A DNA stretch of 43,433 nt from Sphingomonas sp. (GTDB taxonomy: Bacteria; Pseudomonadota; Alphaproteobacteria; Sphingomonadales; Sphingomonadaceae). The notes beneath the pieces are model-generated. The model had not been told where the DNA came from, made no database searches, and saw nothing but the letters and a program-made list of their open reading frames with translations. The stretch covers positions 1 through 43,433 of the forward strand of contig JBELMF010000001.1 of the NCBI GenBank assembly GCA_042096015.1. The letters run 5' to 3'. The translations under genes and the position numbers were made by a program. Position 1 is the stretch's first letter; each line of letters opens with the position of its first letter. Below, one piece after another: positions 38,632-43,433 of the stretch.

Positions 38632-39719
38632 ATGCCACGATCGAACCGCCTGCTGACCATCGCCGCCATGCTGACCGCCTCGCCCGGGCTGGCACAGGGC
38701 ACCGCTTCGAGCGCACCCGTACCAGTCGCGCAGAGCAAGGCGATGATCTGGAACGCCGTCGCCGTGCAGGGAAGCCGCGTCTTCGTGGCCGGCCCGCGCT
38801 GGACCGGGAGCCGGGGACCGCAGCTGGCGGTGCTCGACGCATCGGGCAATCCCCGCCCCTATCCCGATGCCGGCTGGAACGATTGGAGGCCGGGCTCGTC
38901 GAACGGCGCCGCCTTCATCAACATAAACGCCATCCATCTCGACCGCAGGGAGGGTTGTGGATCGTGGACACCGGTTCGCCCGCGTTTGGCGGCAACCCCT
39001 TGCCGGGCGGTGCCAAGCTCGTGCGCATCGATCCGGCCACCGACCGCGTCGACAGAGTCGTTCCGCTGGGACCCGGGCTCGCCCCGCCCGGCAGCTATGT
39101 CGACGACATCCGCTTCAACGGGAGCCACGCCTATCTGACCGACGCGGGCAAGCCCGGGATCATCGTTGTCGACCTGGTGACCGGCACGGGCCGTCGAGTG
39201 CTCGACGGTCATCCCGCCGCCACCGCGCGCGACGATTGACCGATCGTGCTCGACGGCCGTGCCGTTACCGCACCGGGCGGGTCCCCGCTGAAGGTGCATT
39301 CCGATCCGCTCGAGGTCAGTTCCGATGGCGCATGGCTGTTCTTCGGCCCCCTCGAAGGGCCATGGTCCCGCGTGCCGACCCGCCTGCTCGACGACCCCTC
39401 GGTCGCGCCCTATGTCCTGGCCGCCGCCGTCGAGCCATGGGCGGACCTTCCGCCCGTGGGCGGCACGGCGATGGGCGCGGACGGCAGCCTCTACTTCACC
39501 GAACTCGCGACCGACAGCGTCAAGGTCCGCCGACCGGACGGCCGCATCGAGACGCTGGCCAGCGATCCCGCCCTGCACTGGGTCGACGCGCCCTTCCTAG
39601 CGCCGGACGGTCGCCTGTGGCTTCCCGTCGCGCAGATGGACCGGGTGGCCCTTTTTCACCGCGGGGTGTCGCAGACGCGCTGGCCGATCACCCTTCTCAC
39701 GTTGGAGACGAAACGATGA
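38632..39719 (+). pseudogene. Second yellow/MRJP family gene, disrupted by a frameshift (~38945) and an in-frame TGA (39237-39239)
   Basis: Three consecutive ORF pieces: signal peptide to FININAIHLD; GLWIVDTGSP..SYVDDIRFN..AYLTDAG; then HSDPLEVS..WVDAP. Confidence 0.82.
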
Positions 39720-40447
39720 GCACCATTCGCGTCGGACACATCGACCTGGGTTTCCACGATGCGAGTGCGCTCGAGGTCGAGGCCGTGCTCCGGCGGCACG
39801 GCCACACGATCGAGCGCTCGGCAGCCCCGCACGAGGAGATGTTCCGCCGCATGGGGCGGGCCGAGATCGATGTCCTTGTCTCGGCCTGGCTCCCCGCGAG
39901 CCACGGCGCCTATCTCGCGCCCTTCGAGAACGACGTCCGTAAGGTCACCGTCCTCTACGAGCCCTACTGCATCTGGGGCGTGCCCGACTACGTCCCGGAC
40001 GAGGTCGCATCGGTATCGGACCTGCTTCGGGAGCCGGCGCTGTCGCGCATGGGCCGGCTGATCCAGGGCATAAATCCTGGTGCCGGAATCAGCCGCTTCT
40101 CGCGCACGATCGTCGAGCATTACGGCCTGGCGGATGCGGGCTACCACTTCGAAACCGGCACGGAGGCGCAGTGCTTCGATCGTTTCGAGGCGGCGGTGGC
40201 GGAGGGCCGCTGGGTCGTCCTGCCGCTGTGGCACCCGCAGTACCTGCACGCGCGCCACCGCATCCGCGAACTGGCGGAGCCGGCCGGCCTGCTCGGCGGC
40301 ACCGACCAGGCGACGGTGATCGTGCGCCGGGACTGCGAGGAGCGCGTCGGTGCCGCGGCACTGGCGGAACTCGGCGGCCTGACGCTCGGCAACCAGCGCG
40401 TCAGCGAGCTGGAGGACAGCCTCGTCCGTTCCCGCGTCGTCGACTAG
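39716..40447 (+). CDS. Glycine betaine/OpuAC-type substrate-binding domain protein (orphan)
   Basis: ATG 39716 overlaps the upstream stop. SAWLPASH, LYEPYCIWGVPDYVP, GINPGAGIS, PLWHPQYL. Confidence 0.78.
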   Translation: MSTIRVGHIDLGFHDASALEVEAVLRRHGHTIERSAAPHEEMFRRMGRAEIDVLVSAWLPASHGAYLAPFENDVRKVTVLYEPYCIWGVPDYVPDEVASVSDLLREPALSRMGRLIQGINPGAGISRFSRTIVEHYGLADAGYHFETGTEAQCFDRFEAAVAEGRWVVLPLWHPQYLHARHRIRELAEPAGLLGGTDQATVIVRRDCEERVGAAALAELGGLTLGNQRVSELEDSLVRSRVVD

Positions 40448-41277
40448 GCGTCGAGGAAAAGGCGCGCGTGCTCGAGGAAGAGCTCCGGGTGCTGGAACTG
40501 CGCCGCGTGACCCGCATCCGGATAGATGATCAACTGGGCATCGGGGATGTGCTGCTGAAGATGGAACGAGTTCACCGTCGGCAGCATCACGTCGCGCGTT
40601 CCGTTCACGACCAGGGTGGGAACGGTGATCGCCGCGAGATCCGCGAAGCGCTCGCCATGCGGCTCCGCCCAATCGCGCCCGGCCAGCGCCTGCGCCATGA
40701 TCCCCGCCTGCGCCGTCGGTGGATCCCTGTCTTCGGTACGAGCCATGCGTCGTTCCCAAAAGGCGCGGCCCGCCGCCCGGCCGGTCTCCGAATGTCCGAA
40801 GAACAGCCACACGAAGTCGTCCTGGCTGGCGCTGCCGGTGGCACGCTTGCGCACCTCGTCGATGTAGGGAGAGGGTTCACCACCTCGCGGGCTGGTACCG
40901 CAGAGGATCAGGCGACCGAGCCTTGCGGAGTTGGCCTTGGCGAACGCCTGCGCGACCATCCCGCCGATCGAGAACCCCAGCAGATCGAACGTTTCAAGTC
41001 CGATCGCGTCCACGAACGCGAGGATGGTGGCCGCCATGCCCTCGATCGTCTGCGGCGTGGCGCCCGTCGACCCGCCAATACCGGGAACGTCGACGAGGAT
41101 CACTTCGCGGCCCTTCGCCAACCCGTCCGTCAGGAGCGGATCCCAATGATCCATGCCGCCGGTGAAGTGCTGGAGCAGGACGATGGGCCGTGTGCCTTCG
41201 CGCCCGAAGCGCCGGTACGCGAACGTATCCTCACCGGCGGTAACATTCAGGGTCGGCGCGGTGCGATGGCTGTCCAT
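40444..41277 (-). CDS. Alpha/beta hydrolase
   Basis: Start MDSHRT at 41277 (AAGGAG RBS). LQHFTG, GFSIGG (nucleophile elbow), YPDAGHAAQFQ. Confidence 0.9.
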   Translation of the reverse strand: MDSHRTAPTLNVTAGEDTFAYRRFGREGTRPIVLLQHFTGGMDHWDPLLTDGLAKGREVILVDVPGIGGSTGATPQTIEGMAATILAFVDAIGLETFDLLGFSIGGMVAQAFAKANSARLGRLILCGTSPRGGEPSPYIDEVRKRATGSASQDDFVWLFFGHSETGRAAGRAFWERRMARTEDRDPPTAQAGIMAQALAGRDWAEPHGERFADLAAITVPTLVVNGTRDVMLPTVNSFHLQQHIPDAQLIIYPDAGHAAQFQHPELFLEHARLFLDA

Positions 41278-41325
41278 GTTCTTCTCCTTTCGCGTCAACT
41301 GGCGACTGGGAAGGCATCGGGCGAT

Positions 41326-41341
41326 ATGTACCTTGGTAGTG
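41326..41341. promoter_or_regulatory. Palindromic operator candidate ATGTAC-CTTG-GTAGTG
   Basis: TAC-N4-GTA core in the divergent hydrolase/kinase intergenic region. Confidence 0.42.
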
Positions 41342-41402
41342 GGTGGGTTGGCGGACGGGGGCTGCGCATGGACAAGCGTGATCGATGGGCGGGCGGGGCT
41401 GC

Positions 41403-43433
41403 ATGACGACGGATTGGCGGAAGCAGGCGACGCGCCTGGGCGCGGTGGCGATCGCAGCGACGATCTTCACCATCGACTGCATCGCCGACTTCGACGTATC
41501 CATCTCCCTACTCTACATCGCGGCGCTCGTCGTCGTCGCTACACGAGGCGGCGACACCGAGGTCGTCCGAACGGCTGCGGTGTGCGGAGCCCTGTCCGTG
41601 ACCTCCTGGCTCGTCGTGCATGGCTCCGCGCCCGATATCGCCAGCATCCTGCGGCTCGCCTTCGCGCTGATCGCGATCGGCGTGACGGCCGCGCTCCTCG
41701 TCAGCCGCAAGCATCTGAGCTCCGCACGCCACGCGCTCGAGCGAAGTCGGTCCGACCTTCAGAACTTCACCGACTCCGTTCCTCAGATCCTGTGGAAGAC
41801 CAGCGCCAAGCGGAGCATCGACTTCTTCAACCGGCGGTATGAGGAGCTGCTGGGACAGAGCGTCGAGGAGGCGATCCGGCTCCAGAACTGGACCGAGCGC
41901 TACCATCCCGACGACTTCCCCCGCTTCACCGCAGCGATGGACGAGGCGCGTGAGAACGGGAGCGACCTCCACGTCGTGGTCAGGATCCGCAACGCAGCGG
42001 GAGACTACCGGTGGATGTCGATCCAGGGCCGGCCTGTCGCAGTGCCGACGCCTGATGGCGAGTCGCTCTGCTGGTACGGCGGAACCACCGACATCCACGA
42101 GGAGATCGTAGCACGCGAGGAGCTTCAGCGAACCCGCGCCGCACTGGAGGCGAGCCGCGCCGAGGTGGACCACTTCGCGAATTCGGTGCCCTACATCCTC
42201 TGGCGCAGCACCTCGGACGGGCGCGTCACCTTCTTCAACCGGCGGTGGTCCGAGGTGACCGGGCTCGATCGCGACGAGGCGCTGGTCGATAGTCGCTACA
42301 TGGACATGGTCCATCCCGACGACCTGCCCGGTCTCGTCGAGAGCATCGCCACGGCCGTTTCGGCCAACGGAGTCTCAGACGCCCAGGTCCGGGTGCGACA
42401 GGCGGACGGGACATTCCGCTGGATGCGCCTGTACGATCGTCCAGTCACGTCTCCGGTGACGGGGAAGATCGAACGTTTCGGCGGTGCCGCCGACATCCAG
42501 TTGATCGTGGACGCCCGTCGCGAGGTGCAGGAGCTGAACGAGACGCTCGAACAGCGCGTCGCCGAGCGTACGGCCGAGCTGATGCGCACGGAGGCCCGTT
42601 ACGCGAGCCTGTTCGACGTCAGCAACATGACTTTCGCCGAAATGGATTTCAGCGCGACCGAGACGATACTCGACGATCTGCGCGCCTCCGGCGTCACCGA
42701 CCTGCCGAGCTACATGGCCGAACACCCGGACGTATTGGCCCACACGCTATCGCTCATCCGCACAACCCGCGTGAACGAGGCGCTGGCGCGAATGATGGGC
42801 TACGAAAGCGTGGCGGACCTGGTAGCGAACCCGCCGGCACAGAACGCCGAGGATGTCGCCGCCGTGCTCCTGCGCCAACTCGACATGTACTTCACCGGCA
42901 CCGACCACATCGACGGCAGGACGGTGCTCGTCGGCAAGCACGGGATCAGCATTCCCGTCTACTTCACGGTCAATCGGTTGGCCGAGGGCATCCACCTCTC
43001 AAGCCACCTCGACCTGACGCAGCAGGAGCGAATCGCGGAGATGCAGGCGGCCGCGCAGGAGGAACTGGCCCGAGCCAACCGCATCGCGACGGTCGGCGCC
43101 TTCTCGGCATCGATCGCCCACGAACTCAATCAGCCGATCGCCTCGATGGTCATGGACACGCAGACCGGCCTCCGCCTCCTTCGGCGCGAGCAGGCCGATA
43201 CTGCAGCGGCGGAACGCATCCTCCAAAGGCTCTCCCGCACTGCCCAGCGCGTCGCCGACATCGTCCAGCACACGCGCGACGCCATCGTGGGCGGGCAGCA
43301 GGAGGTCCGACGGATCGACCTCTGCCAGCTGGCGGCTACAACTCACGACCTTCTCGACCGAGAGCTGCGTCGGTCGGAAGTGACCCTGGCGCTCCGATGC
43401 GGGGCCCCCGGGATAGAGGTCGATGGCGATCCC
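41403..43433 (+). CDS. Membrane-anchored multi-PAS sensor histidine kinase, 3' end runs off the window
   Basis: Manual translation from ATG 41403: about four N-terminal hydrophobic helices, two PAS_3-like repeats (FFNRR..HPDD..YRW/FRW), a further PAS, then H-box 'RIATVGAFSASIAHELNQPIAS'. No stop, so absent from the ORF track. Confidence 0.88.
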   Translation, partial: MTTDWRKQATRLGAVAIAATIFTIDCIADFDVSISLLYIAALVVVATRGGDTEVVRTAAVCGALSVTSWLVVHGSAPDIASILRLAFALIAIGVTAALLVSRKHLSSARHALERSRSDLQNFTDSVPQILWKTSAKRSIDFFNRRYEELLGQSVEEAIRLQNWTERYHPDDFPRFTAAMDEARENGSDLHVVVRIRNAAGDYRWMSIQGRPVAVPTPDGESLCWYGGTTDIHEEIVAREELQRTRAALEASRAEVDHFANSVPYILWRSTSDGRVTFFNRRWSEVTGLDRDEALVDSRYMDMVHPDDLPGLVESIATAVSANGVSDAQVRVRQADGTFRWMRLYDRPVTSPVTGKIERFGGAADIQLIVDARREVQELNETLEQRVAERTAELMRTEARYASLFDVSNMTFAEMDFSATETILDDLRASGVTDLPSYMAEHPDVLAHTLSLIRTTRVNEALARMMGYESVADLVANPPAQNAEDVAAVLLRQLDMYFTGTDHIDGRTVLVGKHGISIPVYFTVNRLAEGIHLSSHLDLTQQERIAEMQAAAQEELARANRIATVGAFSASIAHELNQPIASMVMDTQTGLRLLRREQADTAAAERILQRLSRTAQRVADIVQHTRDAIVGGQQEVRRIDLCQLAATTHDLLDRELRRSEVTLALRCGAPGIEVDGDP

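Noticed and set aside
38940-39245. Programmed frameshift or selenocysteine/readthrough in the second yellow gene
   Set aside because: No slippery heptamer or evident SECIS-like hairpin, and two unrelated lesions are more simply explained by pseudogenisation.
38957-39715. Apparent 496-aa binding-protein ORF with a long N-terminal domain
   Set aside because: The N-terminal 253 codons are an off-frame reading of the yellow pseudogene. The real start is ATG 39716.
1056-41406. Many long alternative-frame ORFs (e.g. 1056..2651, 11746..13185, 19424..21055, 23744..25234, 31488..33482, 40171..41406)
   Set aside because: Expected stop-poor shadow frames in high-GC DNA. They overlap well-supported genes and are Arg/Pro/Ala-rich without motifs.
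41508-43346. Minus-strand ORFs 41508..42314, 42296..42589, 42375..42743 and 42999..43346
   Set aside because: Antisense to the plus-strand kinase, which is open to the window end.
1-43433. CRISPR array, IS/transposase, integrase, tRNA/rRNA; the recurring palindrome as a REP/MITE
   Set aside because: No regularly spaced repeats, transposase or integrase motifs, or structural RNA signatures were seen. The palindrome is only 16 bp with a variable spacer and sits 5' of genes rather than 3', which fits an operator better than a REP element.

Overview
High-GC, alphaproteobacterial-looking (probably sphingomonad; inference) accessory region devoted to signalling and small-molecule redox/detox chemistry. 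It holds about 43 genes. The signalling genes are three PAS histidine kinases (two run off the window edges and are missing from the ORF track), one sensor-less HisKA_2-type kinase, one single-domain receiver and one FixJ/StyR-type DNA-binding response regulator. There are also two LysR regulators and one GlxA/AraC regulator. Enzymes include Dps, PoxB, a cNMP-TrxB fusion, a lactonase-like metallo-hydrolase with an MFS transporter, AhpD-like proteins, several SDR/MDR/AKR/ALDH oxidoreductases, GST, alpha/beta hydrolases, a molybdo-enzyme with cytochrome c, and a cupin/SnoaL/RidA/yellow(MRJP)/ABM/PRISE operon. The most striking unexplained signal is a 16-bp palindrome, consensus CCATAC-N4-GTATGG. 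It recurs at least 11 times in intergenic DNA, upstream of most transcription units including three of the four kinases and the response regulator itself, suggesting one multi-kinase regulon spanning the island. At least four loci are damaged (a deletion fusion, 10-bp and 17-bp tandem duplications, and a frameshift plus nonsense codon). No rRNA, tRNA, CRISPR array or transposase was seen. All calls come from reading motifs by eye; no database searches were run.
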